Shown here piece by piece: positions 41,037 to 53,036 of a stretch of 64,000 bases of DNA. Each line of letters begins with the position of its first letter. The stretch's first letter is position 1. This DNA comes from Octopus sinensis. Lineage: Eukaryota. Made by a program: the position numbers and the translations under genes. Below the pieces are notes generated by a model that had not been told where the DNA came from, searched no databases, and saw only the letters and a program-made list of their open reading frames with translations. The stretch spans positions 62,868,001 through 62,932,000 of the forward strand of contig NC_043006.1 in the NCBI RefSeq assembly GCF_006345805.1, given 5' to 3'.

Positions 41037-41480
41037 ATTGATATTTCCTTCTGTCGAGTGTGCTTTCCCTGGATGGCAAATTTCTGTTTTTCTTCCGCTC
41101 TCTTCACTCCTTTTTGCAGTATTTGCCTCCAGTGTGAGCGATCATTTACAGCCTCCTCCCATCTCAAGGCATCCAGCTAAAGTGAATTCATATTCCTCTA
41201 ACAGACGTCTTTGCTCTTGTACCGGTGGACAGTTTCCCATGCATACAGGAAGAATGTTCAATCATTTCACACAGACATGAAAGCCGTCGTTCAATTTGAT
41301 GGCTCTTTTTCGGAGGCATTCAACATACGTAGCGGCGTATGCTTGCCCCCACCCTATTTGGTATCTTCTTTGCAGTCATGCTAAAACATGCATTTGGGAC
41401 ATCAACTCGTTGTGTTTACCGCCACACCAGACCAAGCAGCAAGATGCTTAATTTGTTGAGGCTGAAAGCATAATCCAGGT
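41037..41480. mobile_element. RTE LINE remnant in two opposite orientations
   Basis: Minus 41037-41238: KDVC*R...WEEAVNDRSHWRQ (C-terminus). Plus 41254-41480: MFNHFTQT/MKAVVQFDGSFSEAFNIRSGV...PTLFGIFFAVMLKHAFG (RT). Confidence 0.8.
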
Positions 41481-41487
41481 ACCTGTC

Positions 41488-41518
<31 letters not shown>

Positions 41519-41789
41519 GTGTGTGTGTTTGTGTGTGTGTGTGTGTGCGTGACAGGTACCTGGCGTACCCGGAGGGAGCAAGTTTCAGTGATTAGGGAGT
41601 CAGGCTCACATTCATAAGGTAGTGAGTAAAATGAGTAAAAGAGAGTAGATACGTGGTATTGTAGGTACGTGGTATTTCGTTATGCAACCATAATATATTA
41701 TAAAATATATTAAATGTTTTTATAAGTCAACAACACGTCCTACTACGTTAGCAGTGCTTATTACATTATTTTGGTAAGGTTATGTCTAC

Positions 41790-42420
41790 AGAAATTACAG
41801 CCAGCAATGATTTATTGCTTCAACATTTCAATCTGACGCCTCGATACGAAACGTTGTAGTAAAATATCAGTGCTGGCTATAATTTCTATAGAAATAACTT
41901 TTATCAAAATAATATTATTACTAATCCTTACAACATTTCCATAGTTATTTATATTACCTATGTTAAAGTTGATATTTCTACACATATGAGGATCAATTGA
42001 CTTACTATGACTATGTTTTCCTCTGTTATGGTTCTCCTTATTTCCTGGATCCACGCTATCTTGGATGATATTTTCATAATTTGCGATTGCTTGATTCAGC
42101 GTGCTATTGTTAAATTTATGAATATGGTATTCCAGGTTATTTGACGTTACACAGGTCAGTTTCACCATATGCCTAGTAAAAAGTTTATAATATCTACTGG
42201 ATTTAGGGAAATGTTTATTTATCTCCTTAGCAAATTTAGACAGAACATGTAATCCGAACAACATATTATACAATAAAATCCGACCTTTATTATGCTTATT
42301 GTTACGTTTAGTGTAATTGTTACCGTCTTTGTTATAGTTATGTAGATGGAATATATGTTAATTTTTTTATCCCTATTCTCAACATCTTCCTTTCCATCTT
42401 TATTTCCATTTATATTCATA
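41790..42420 (-). mobile_element. Hydra-group-like PLE fragment (post-RT region)
   Basis: ORF 41812-42273: INKHFPKSSRYYKLFTRHMVKL. Confidence 0.65.
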
Positions 42421-42680
42421 TTTATTCCACTATTCGAACCTGATTTCGAATTTATTCCTTTCCCTTCCGTAATTCGCGTTTACTTTATGTTCACTAACAT
42501 ACCAACCTCTATACGTTTTGGATATTTTTATTATTATCATTTTTATATTAACTGCTCCATCGTCAGGACTATGTTTAATCTTTTTTGTTGTATTCCACAC
42601 TAGCTACTGCTGCATTGTAATATTCTGCTTGGATATTCTATTTGACATTGTAACGTTTAATACTAAATGTGGATTATTCG

Positions 42681-42715
<35 letters not shown>

Positions 42716-42769
42716 AATATATATATATATGTTCCCCTAAACTACTAAATACGCAAAAAAGTGGTGGAC

Positions 42770-43713
42770 GCTCTCTTCTCTGGTATAACTCCCTTCTCAG
42801 TTAATGTTAAGAACTTAGCTAAACCCTTTTTTAATATAACGGACTCCAACTTCCCTCGACAAAATAAATATTATTTTATCTTTAATAGATCAAACCATGA
42901 TGAAACTATACTATTCCCCACCCAACTTCGAATCTAGCAGCCTCTCATATACAAAATCATTATCTCTATTATCAAAACTCACACCATAACAACTCTGAAT
43001 ACACGAGCGCCCAACATGTACACAGCTCCAGCATTGAACCCATACCTTAGATCACAACCATAACCCAACCCATTCTACTAGCACTACTAGCACACTGAAT
43101 ACTACCAGAACTCCCACCACCCTTAAAAATAGAATAATTAACAACAATGATAGCAATAATAAAAATAATAGTTATAATAACAATAATACTAATAACAGAC
43201 GTTCCTACCCCTTTTTCTAACCTCTCCTCTGACGGTATTACCTTCTCCAGTCCTGATAATAATCCCCAAAATACACCCACTTTTAACTGCCGTCCTGGGT
43301 CCCATTGTAGAAGATCTAATGTAATTTATAAATGCACCGTCCTCAACACATTACACAATTCTACAGCCACATATATAGGGTCAATCATAAATTTTAAACA
43401 GCGATATGCCGCTCATCTCAATTCTTTTAGATACGAGAATCACAGGAAATCCACAACATTCGCCAGTCACATACATCATCTCAAAAATAGAAATATTCCC
43501 TACACTCTGTCATGGTCCATAATAGATTCAGGGCTTCCATATGAAGGTCAACGCTCAGCCTGTAAGCTATGCCTTAAAAGGCATTCCACATATTAAAACA
43601 CAACTCCTCAACACTACTAAACAAATCTAATGAGGCCCTAAGCACGTGCAACAAACGCTTCTTTCATACCTTCAAATTATACCACAAACCTAAATGCAAC
43701 CTAAATAACTACG
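42770..43713 (+). mobile_element. Hydra-group-like PLE, 5'-truncated, linker plus GIY-YIG
   Basis: WYNSPFSVNVKNLAKPFF...; ORF 43147-43596 FNCRPGSHCRRSNVIYKCTV...TYIGSIINFKQRYAAH...SWSII...CKLCLK; frameshifted LLNKSNEALSTC. Confidence 0.9.
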
Positions 43714-43812
43714 GAAAGGATCGATGGGCCACGCTTTCGCGGTCCATATTCGTACTGAAAATCGAGATCGAGCAAGCTTTAGCCCTTTTGCTCGACGTGT
43801 GGTTTCCGTCTA
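43714..43812 (-). rRNA. ~100-nt 28S (LSU) rRNA fragment, dispersed pseudogene
   Basis: Reverse complement gacggaaaccacacgtcgagcaaaagggctaaagcttgctcgatctcgattttcagtacgaatatggaccgcgaaagcgtggcccatcgatccttt is colinear with the conserved eukaryotic LSU segment recalled as gagcagaagggcaaaagctcgcttgatcttgattttcagtacgaatacagaccgtgaaagcggggcc. Confidence 0.85.
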
Positions 43813-45162
43813 CAACACCTCGTAAGTAATCCCCAACAACCCTACCTATCTCCATTTTAAATTTTAATATTTAACTCACTCCCCATCTTACTTTAAGGAT
43901 CGCAATTATTTAATAATGCATATATAAAAAAAAACAAGCGGGTACATATGGGTGTGTATAAAAATGTGTGTACAGGTATTTTATGTATATATGTATTTGT
44001 ATGAGGGTATATGTAAATATATGTGTCTACACATATATATATTTGCGAACACGCGTATGCATGTATGTGTGCATGTATTTATATAGACAAATATATATGA
44101 ATGAGTGTGTATATGTGTATCTATGTATCCCTAAGTACCTGTATATCATCATGCGTGTGACTGAAAATGTGTGTGCAAGTGCGCGCACGTATGTTGTGTA
44201 CATGTATGCACACGCATACATCTATGAATGCGCGTGAACATGCTTGTGTATGTATAGGCGTATGAATATGTCAATATATATGTGTGTGTGTGCGTATATA
44301 TGTATACATATTCGCAAATGTATATTCTTTCTTCCTTTTTCTACCTATCACTAACCTATCACACACGTCTATTTATAGTAATTTGGCATCCTTGTATTCT
44401 TCCCTCTACCTCAAATTTTACTACCAAATTTACTACCTACGTCGGTATCACCCCATCCTTGCTTTTCCTCTACATTTTCTCAACCCATCCCTTAATGAAG
44501 TTCTATCATATCACCTCTACTCACATATCTGTCATTCTTTTACTCCTTACATTCTCATTTCTTCCTCTCCTTTCCCAACACCTCTCTCATCCTCCCATCA
44601 CATTAGCTTGACCACTAACTGGCACTTACCCTCACACTTCCTTCACCATTTCTTCCTTTTTTCACTCTTTGCTTTTGTCTCTGTCCCTTTTTTTCACTCT
44701 TAGCTTCTGTCTCTCTCCCTTTTTTCTTTCTTTCTTTTTCTCTCTTTTATCCTTTCATTTCCTCTTCCTGTTTTAGATTTGACCTTTCTCCACTTTTTAA
44801 TCATACACATCTCTCCTCTCTCCATAAATACTACTAATACATTCTCAAATTTACATTCAAATCACACAAATCCTTTCGAACGAGCGACATTGATTCTACG
44901 GCTCCATGCTTTGGAATGACTATATATGAACTGCTATAAGACTATCAAATGACTATATATGAACAGCTATAAGAGTATTTCATTATAAATGCCCTGAAAA
45001 CTCCACACAACCTTGGATTTGTTATCTAATTTGGTCTAATATACGTATATATATATATATATTGGTAAAAACAGTAAGATAACAAAAGAAAGAGACCTCA
45101 ATATTATGTAATTGGAGGAAATTTATCTATAAAATCATATGTTACAATTACTCAATAGCCAA

Positions 45163-45223
45163 GATAAAACTCTGAGTTTCAGATGTCGAAGTGGAAATCC
45201 ACAACACCATCTCTTCGGTTATC
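45163..45223 (-). ncRNA. Type I HHR-like motif, CCGAAGA core
   Basis: Reverse complement: gataa-CCGAAGA-gatg...catc-t-GAAA-CT(CAG)AG-T-T-ttatc; 5-bp stem I, GUU site, extra U before G12. Confidence 0.55.
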
Positions 45224-45294
45224 TGACCATCTGAAAAAACGCTATGAAAAAATACCGTTATATAAAGGGAAATTATTGTGTTATATTTATATTT

Positions 45295-45540
45295 TCATAG
45301 TTGGTCTTTAAAAGATAAAGGTGTCGATTATAACATCCATTGGAAGATTTTGGCCAAATGTAAGCCCTACACCAACGGCAGCGGAAAGTGCGGTCTATGC
45401 GACATGGAGAGATGGCTTTTCTGGAAAAGCAGCTTAGACCCTACTACATGTCTAAACTCAAGGACAGAACTTTTCGGGTCATGCCCATATGTGACAAAAT
45501 TTTTGTTACGTTTTGGGTCCCCTAAAGAAAACAGATAGAA
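45295..45540 (+). mobile_element. Hydra-group-like PLE GIY-YIG C-terminal fragment
   Basis: WSLKDKGVDYNIHWKILAKCKPYTNGSGKCGLCDME...CLNSRTELFGSC. Confidence 0.85.
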
Positions 45541-46384
45541 CTTGCTTTCTATATTATGTCCCAAAAAGTTTTTTATCCCATTATACCTTTTATTATTTCA
45601 TATATTTTTATATTTTCACACATAATTTTTTCTGTATTTTTTATCCTGCATTTTTTCTTGTGCCTATATAGACGTGTATATAGATTCATTTGTACACGTG
45701 TGTGAATATGTATGAGTGGGCAGTTTTAGATATGTGCATGTGTGCGGGCATAAGAATGCATATATATATATAGACGTTTTTACTTGGAATTTTTCCATTT
45801 TTTAAGGGGGTTTTTTTTTGGGGGGGTGCATATGTATATTCATTTTTTGTATATGCGTGTGTGTGTATGCGTATATAAACATTTGCGGGTATGTACATAT
45901 ATGGGCGTGTGTGTGTATGAGTGCATAAGGGCACGTTCGTATATGAACGTGGTTTTTATGCTTTGTATACTTCCTTATGTTTTTTTTTATGTTACCTTTA
46001 ACCAGGGTTTTTATTGTGCTTGTGCGTATATAGACGTATGTATGAATTTTGACGGTACGCATGTGTGTGTGTATGAGTTTGTATATATATGCGTATATAT
46101 TTGGCGAAAAATGCGAGTGAAGATGTGTACGTTTTCATAGTGACGTATAAGTACGCACGTGGATCCGCGAGCGCACATGTAAGCGTATGACTAGCCATGT
46201 TTTACGTGTTTACTATGCAATTTTAATCTCATTTTATATAATTATAACACAGTAATTTCTCTTTATATAACGGTATTTTCTCATAGCGTTTTCTCAGATG
46301 GCTAGATAACCGAAGAGATGGTGTTGTGGATTTCCACTTCAGCATCTGAAGTTTTATCTTGACAATTGAGTATTTGTAACATAT

Positions 46385-46431
<47 letters not shown>

Positions 46432-46714
46432 TCCTGGTGGTTTGTAAATTAAACACGTGTAGTAAGGGAGTGAAATAATTTTCAATCCTTTGATAAAATA
46501 CATTGTAATTAACAAGAAAATAATTATGTTATTAGTTACTGTTCATTATGATTTCAATAAATGTATGACTGTGGAGATTTCCGTTTAACTTGTCCCAACA
46601 AATGAATATTGCTTTGAACAAACACACTGGCATATACATATATATAGAGAGAGAGGGGGAGGAGGGATTTAGGCAGCGATAGATAGACACATAAACAGCT
46701 AGATATGTATTTAT

Positions 46715-46764
<50 letters not shown>

Positions 46765-47479
46765 ACTCACACATGCACATATATGCACACGCATATACAT
46801 GTTTAGATATATTTCTATGTATACCTATGTGTGTTCATGTGTGTGTCTGTTCGTATTTGTAGTTCTTTTACTCTTTTACCTCCGCATTGCATTCAAGTTC
46901 TTACTCAGTTATATCCACCTCACTAGTGATAATTTATCCATTTTATCGTGTGCACGTGTGTTGGTTTGTGTCTGTGTGTATGAGAGAGAGAGAGCGATAG
47001 GCAGACAGACAGAGAGAGTCAGAGAGCGTGTGTATATGTAAACTAATTAAGCGAGTTTGCTGGGTTTACCTCAGGCACTTGAATATTAAAATCTAAAAGA
47101 AGATAAAATGTACGAGAAAAATATACGTGTAAGTCGATAAATGTATGTACAAAACGTCTCACGGTATGTTTACTAATGTTTCAATGAGAAGTGGAAAGGT
47201 AAATTCAATGTTAAGAGATATTTACAATAGTTGTTGGAATCGATAAGAATTTTATGTGTAGATTTGAGGGCATGATGCAAAGTTAATTAGGCTTTCGATT
47301 TCTTTCTTCTACCTACAATATGGAGATTATATTCAATTAAAATAAATTGTTAGTGATTACACACACACAGACACACACACACATATGTATATATATCATT
47401 TTTCCAGTTTCAGCTCGAGTGTTTTGGCCATGCTGCTGCCCCACCATTGGTTGTGCTACAGTTTCACTAATCATCATTT

Positions 47480-48660
47480 TATAGTTATGAACTAGGGAGT
47501 TTTATGTTGCTACCCTGATTTGTGCTTCCTACGGTGAAGTTAGCTTATCCAGGACAGTAGGAGGTCCAGTTCAGTTTTGAAGACGATTATATCCACCCTA
47601 AGTCTTTCAGAAGAATATATTGACTGGCCGTGAGTTCATGAATCCCAAACTATAGTATCTTGTCCTGTATTTTGAAAGCAATTGTGATATCTTTGGCCCT
47701 ATGCAATGGAGCCTTGTTCTCATATTTTGTAATTTTCAATACCACACGAGGTCTGGTTGTTACACTTATAGCAGTTGCACTGTTATAAATAAAGACATAA
47801 ATACTGACATAGGAGATATGTGTTCTTTGAATGAACAGTTAATGAAACTACCGATAGACTGTAGAAAGCATCAATTCCAGGGTTAGGATCACCAGTGTAA
47901 ATAAGAGTAGGGATTTTTTGTGTTTTCATCCGATGGTGAGGGCTATTTATTGAGAGACCCAATTTGGTATGTTTCTCACTTTAAGTGGTACTCGATGGCC
48001 GAGGGTTATCCCAGTGACGTTAGTAATTAGTGTGGCATTGTATTTATAAAAACACGGAGGTTGCAGCTATTCATCCATACACTTAGCTCAAGTGTGGTTA
48101 TTAACGACATGGGTTCGATATGAGTTCTTGAACGAATCAGCCGTGGCACCAATATAAACGTACGGTCCTCCGCTTGTGTGTACAGTGCACTTATATAGAT
48201 CATTGGTATTCATATTGAGTTTTATCAATGGGAATCTTGTTTTTTATCTGCATGAACATTTATTAGGTTTAGTTGCATATGTGGCTCTGTTGAGTTCATT
48301 TTGTGACACCGTTAACATGTTGGCTATATCTCTATTTTTATTATGATACCGATGTGGCCGCAGCAAATGCTTTTCGTTCTGGTTAGTATTGCTTTTCTTG
48401 ACATTTTGTTCTATATATATGCTATCCTTCCAATTTGTTGGGCCAGAAGTAGATCCCCTGTCATAGGCTAGGGGTCGAGTGGGTTGGTTATTCAATGCAG
48501 TGTAGGTGTTGTTCTAAGTTAGTGGAGTTTCCATATGGTACCTTCACAGTGTACCTATTAAAACATGTATGGCATCTATTTAATGTTGGGAAACATTTCA
48601 CTAAAGCAGCAAAAAATATTCACCTTGAAGAAGTTTTGTCGAACGAATCCATTATTTATT
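47480..48660 (-). mobile_element. Decayed Hydra-group-like PLE (linker plus EN)
   Basis: KCFPTLNRCHTCFNRYTVKV; LYKCTVHTSGGPYVYIGATADSFKNSYRTH. Confidence 0.75.
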
Positions 48661-48758
48661 TTTTAAACCTGCTACTTGTTCTACCGATTCCTCTAACACC
48701 GGTTGTCAAGTGGTGCTGGGGACAAACACAGACACAAAGAATGACACACACACACACA

Positions 48759-48801
<43 letters not shown>

Positions 48802-48804
<3 letters not shown>

Positions 48805-49248
48805 CAATAATAAATCTCTGAACGAGATGTAAACAGTAAGCGCTCGACAACGTAAAGTATACTAGCCATCTCAATATGGCTAACCACTAGGGGTGGGTGT
48901 TACTGTAGCTTTTTTGCCCCAGGAGATCATCGTCTCCAGCTGGCTTTAGACACAATTTCTGTGCTCTTATGATATTTTCAAAGGGAGGTCATCCCCTCTC
49001 GTAAACCTAAGTGATACGCTTACTGTTTAAATCGCGTTCAGAGATTTATTATTGCTTTCAAACTGTTTTTCGAAATCAGTGACAGTGGTTACTGGGAAAA
49101 ACATTAAATAGATATTCGCAAACAGGTCTCTCCTCATCGAAAATCCGTGATTACCGTGTGTTGACAAGAGACAATAATCTCGAAACTGCAGTCCATGCGT
49201 ATCACTTAGGTTTACGAGAGGGGATGACCTCCCTTTGCAAATATCATA
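48802..49248. mobile_element. Non-coding element built from interleaved inverted repeats and carrying an HHR
   Basis: IR 48968-49019/49197-49248 (51/52 identical); IR 48802-48842/49017-49057 (39/41). Confidence 0.8.
49155..49199 (+). ncRNA. Minimal type I hammerhead ribozyme, U3-A8 core variant
   Basis: cgtgtg-TTGACAA-gaga(caataa)tctc-GAAA-CTGCAG-TC-catgcg; stem I 6 bp (2 GU), palindromic stem III, GUC site ending at 49193. Confidence 0.78.
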
Positions 49249-49261
49249 TATATATATATAT

Positions 49262-49410
49262 ATATATATAGGGAGAGTTTACGAAAAAAACAAAAGACGA
49301 AGGCAGGTGGTGTAGAAAACAAACAGATGTATTAGTATAACACTCAGGAATAGAAAAAGTATTTTACGTTTCGAGCCTACGCTCTTCTACAGAAAGGGAC
49401 TCAGAAATAT
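49262..49410 (-). mobile_element. Solo pLTR fragment of the 7842-8010 family with an HHR-like motif (CTGTAGA core, 49362-49396)
   Basis: aaaagacgaaggcaggtgg...cgtttcgagcctacgctcttctacagaaag. Confidence 0.75.
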
Positions 49411-49473
49411 ATATACATACATATATACATTTATATATACTTTATTAATAAAGTTGCAAAGGCATCACAACAT

Positions 49474-49511
49474 CTGTTACTCAGAGTTTCAAGTTCCCAT
49501 TCGTGGGACAG
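49474..49511 (-). ncRNA. Decayed HHR remnant (CCCACGA core, G5 lost)
   Basis: Reverse complement: ctgt-CCCACGA-atgggaactt-GAAA-CT(CTG)AG-TA-acag; stem I and III intact, core and stem II mutated. Confidence 0.35.
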
Positions 49512-50704
49512 TTTTTGTTTAGAATGGAACAAGATACGTTTATATGCATAAATGTACAATTAATTTCCTAGTTACTCATTTGAAAACGGTTTTGTTTCAT
49601 CGGTTCTTCCAACTAACTGTCTTTTCAATAACCGGTTATATGAAATTACAATTACGATTTAAAATGATATAAAAATTGAAGAAAACCTCAACTCAGATAT
49701 TAACTTTAGTAGAAGGAAGAAATTTGTACTCCAAGATAAATGAATTAATGGTAAAGATAATAAATATTAAATCTAGATAAAGCAAAACGATGTGTCCGTT
49801 CCAAATAAAAACATTTACAAAGAACTGACATCATGAACATACGTATACATTAGTAAAACATACACATACCCAAAACCTATATATACAAATATATATACAC
49901 TAAACCTACAAGCGTTGATACATGCCTACATGCATATACAAACAAATACAGGCAAAACATAAATATATATACAAACGCATATGTAGGTATCCACATACAT
50001 ATATATACATGTACATAATACTTCTCCGTGTGTATTTCAAATATACAAGATAGAGAAAGAAAACGAAATGAAAATCAGAGAATAATAAGTGGTAGGATAA
50101 AGAAAATGAAAAAAAAGAAGTGATGAAAGAAAGTAGAAAAGAAAGAGAAAGTGAAAATAGATAGAAAGAGATAGAAAGTGATATGGAAGTTTGCGTTCTT
50201 AAAAGTATGTAACAAATGTTAGATACTTCTGTAAGCTTACAAACGCACACATGAAATGCACCCATATAAGAGGACATGCATATCTACATAAATACATACA
50301 TACGTGCAAAAGTAACCGACTTATAGACACACATTTAAATATACAAATGAACATATACATAGATATATAATCTACATATATATATTCACATCAAGATACA
50401 TATATACACCATAACGGATATATGCATAGAAATATATTTAAAAACTGTCTGATGTGTAGAATATTAAGATTAAAAAATTGTACAAGAAAATAATATAGTA
50501 TAATCAAATGTAATATAAATATATAAATTCTTAAAAATATATAATTTGAAACAATAATATTAAATTTAAATATGAAAAATGCATGAAAATGAATAAAAAT
50601 TTAACCTCGGCAAAATTCAAATTTATATTTGTAAAACAAAGACTTTTTCAAAAGTAAGTGCTGAAGAGCTTTAAACCTGAGCCGATAGAGGAGTAAATGT
50701 AAGT

Positions 50705-50835
50705 ATAAGCAAGTTAGTTAAGTCGATAGCTTACTTACCAATCACATGGTTCCGGGTTCAGTGCCTTCTGCTATAGCCTCGGACCGACCAAAGCCTTGTG
50801 AGTAGATTTGGTAGACGAAAACTGAAAGAAGCCCG

Positions 50836-50838
<3 letters not shown>
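50705..50838 (+). mobile_element. tRNA-derived SINE 5' half
   Basis: cacatggttccgggttcagtg...gaccaaagccttgtgagtagatttggtagacgaaaactgaaagaagcccgtc. Confidence 0.85.
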
Positions 50839-50881
<43 letters not shown>

Positions 50882-51097
50882 TTCTCTGAAGCAAAGTCAG
50901 AAATCCAGGATCTTGAATTATCCAGTAAAATCTTTTTGCTAATATATTTTGTATCTCTGTCTACTCTCATGGCGCCATATGAACATTTAAGGTGGTTTTA
51001 AGGTCAGGGTTTTTACTGCTATTTCAGCATGGTGGTATCTCTTAGATACCTTAATTTATAGTTTTAAGTATATATATATGTATATTATATATATAAT

Positions 51098-51169
<72 letters not shown>

Positions 51170-51187
51170 CTGATTGATACTGATGTC

Positions 51188-51658
51188 GGAGTGTAACTAG
51201 AAGCTTTATTTAGCACAATAATTGTTTTAGCTTCCTTCTGCACTGCTCCCTAGTGGGTGTGGATTAATGTAATGACATCACATGCAACGTACAGTACATG
51301 AACCCTCGTGAAGTGACGTAAAATGTTTCAAAAGTAATAAGATTTATATTTCTTTTTCGCTCCAAGTTATATGCTAGGAGTTCACACACATTTTGGTGGA
51401 GTAAGGAAAGTTGTGGTCAGGAAGTTATTGATAAGAAAACATGTATGTGAACTACAAGCAACACACCACCAGCATATAACTCGGAGCGAAAATGAAATGT
51501 AAATTTTAAAACTTTTGAAATATACTACCTCACCTGATGAGGCTCCCTGTACTGTGCAGGGCATCTGATGTCATTACATCGTCCCACACCCACTAGGGAG
51601 CAGAGCAGAAGGAAGCCGAAACGATTGTTGTGCTAAATAAAGTTTCTAGTTTCACTCC
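51188..51658. repeat. Foldback: 188-bp diverged inverted arms (51188-51375 / 51471-51658), HHR-like motif in the right arm
   Basis: Arms align as reverse complements; CTGATGA 51534-51540, ggct/agcc stem II, GAAA 51618-51621. Confidence 0.85.
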
Positions 51659-51882
51659 ATCCTCCGTAACACTCATTTAAAAAATAACAAACGTGAACCT
51701 AGGAATTCCTGAGTTGGATCCAGTGACGAAAGCGAAATAACACGGATGACGCTGGGTAGCCATAAATGCTAAATCTGCTCTGCAGGTACGCAACCTGTGA
51801 CTTAACCGAAAAAAGGTTTGGATACAGTATTTTAATATCTATTTTCTAAACTTTAATTTTCAATTTAACTCATATATACACG

Positions 51883-51926
<44 letters not shown>

Positions 51927-52993
51927 GATAGATAGATACATACATGCATACACCCACCCACACACACACACACGTGTGTGTATATATATATATATATACA
52001 CACACGTGTGTGTTATATATATATATATATATATGCATTCTCTCACATGCTCATACAATGTTGAGCAAGATCTGATGTTATATCGATGGCAAACTCGGCT
52101 GCTATTTTTTTTAAAGCAGACAGCGTTTTTACTTATGTTAGAGAAAATAGAAATATATATCTGTCGTGGAAACTTAGAGAGGAATTTATGATAATACATT
52201 ATATGAAGGATGGAGAATGTAAGATTTATTATTTACCTCTACTGCTAACGCTCTAGTAATTCATTTAATAATGTAGACTAAAATATTTCTAATGTTACTA
52301 AATTTACATACAATATGTACTATATTTAGTGCAAGATATCTCAGTTAACGATAGAATTCTGTATTCTAATTCTTTATTCTCAATCTTATGTCGTGTCTCT
52401 TTTGTCATGATATATGTCTAACGCATATGCAGATATATGTATGAGTATGAGAATATGAGTATGAGAATATGTGTACGAGTGTATGTAGTAAGAGTGAGTG
52501 TTGTCTGCGTCAGGGTATATGTGTATGGAATATATAGAGAATATATGAACAAGTTGTAAATCTCCTTCGGATGGTCTTTAGGAATATTTAAGTTGTCCCA
52601 CTAACTGCAAGAAATAGCAGCAAAAACTTGCCTACATAACGAAACGCTGTCTTAAAAACAACATTGCGCAAATGGCAACGTAATTCCATAACAAAACGGG
52701 ATGGTCATATCTGAAATGTCTCTAACAATCCTTTCTACTATAGGCACAAGGCCTGAAATTTGGGAATATTGGTGCTGTCGATTACATCGACACAAGTGCT
52801 CAAGTGTTACATATTCTATCAACCCTGATATGATGAAAAGCAAAGTGGTATTTGATCTCAGAACCTGAAGACGAAAAGATTCCACTAAGCATTTTGCGAA
52901 ATGTCTTTAATAATTTATTCTTTTAATAGCCACAAAGGCTAAATATCTCAAATAATAGATCACAACAACTCAACCAAGTTCAATAATAATAAT

Positions 52994-53033
<40 letters not shown>

Positions 53034-53036
<3 letters not shown>

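Larger units (their letters stand above)
45128..46393. repeat. ~155-bp inverted repeat pair (45128-45285 / 46243-46393) of an HHR-bearing pLTR-like repeat
   Basis: Direct reverse-complement alignment with a 7-nt indel. Confidence 0.9.

Noticed and set aside
52992-53033. Poly-Ile N-terminus of the 387-aa ORF as a signal peptide
   Set aside because: It is the (TAA)n tract read through into a 5'-truncated RT
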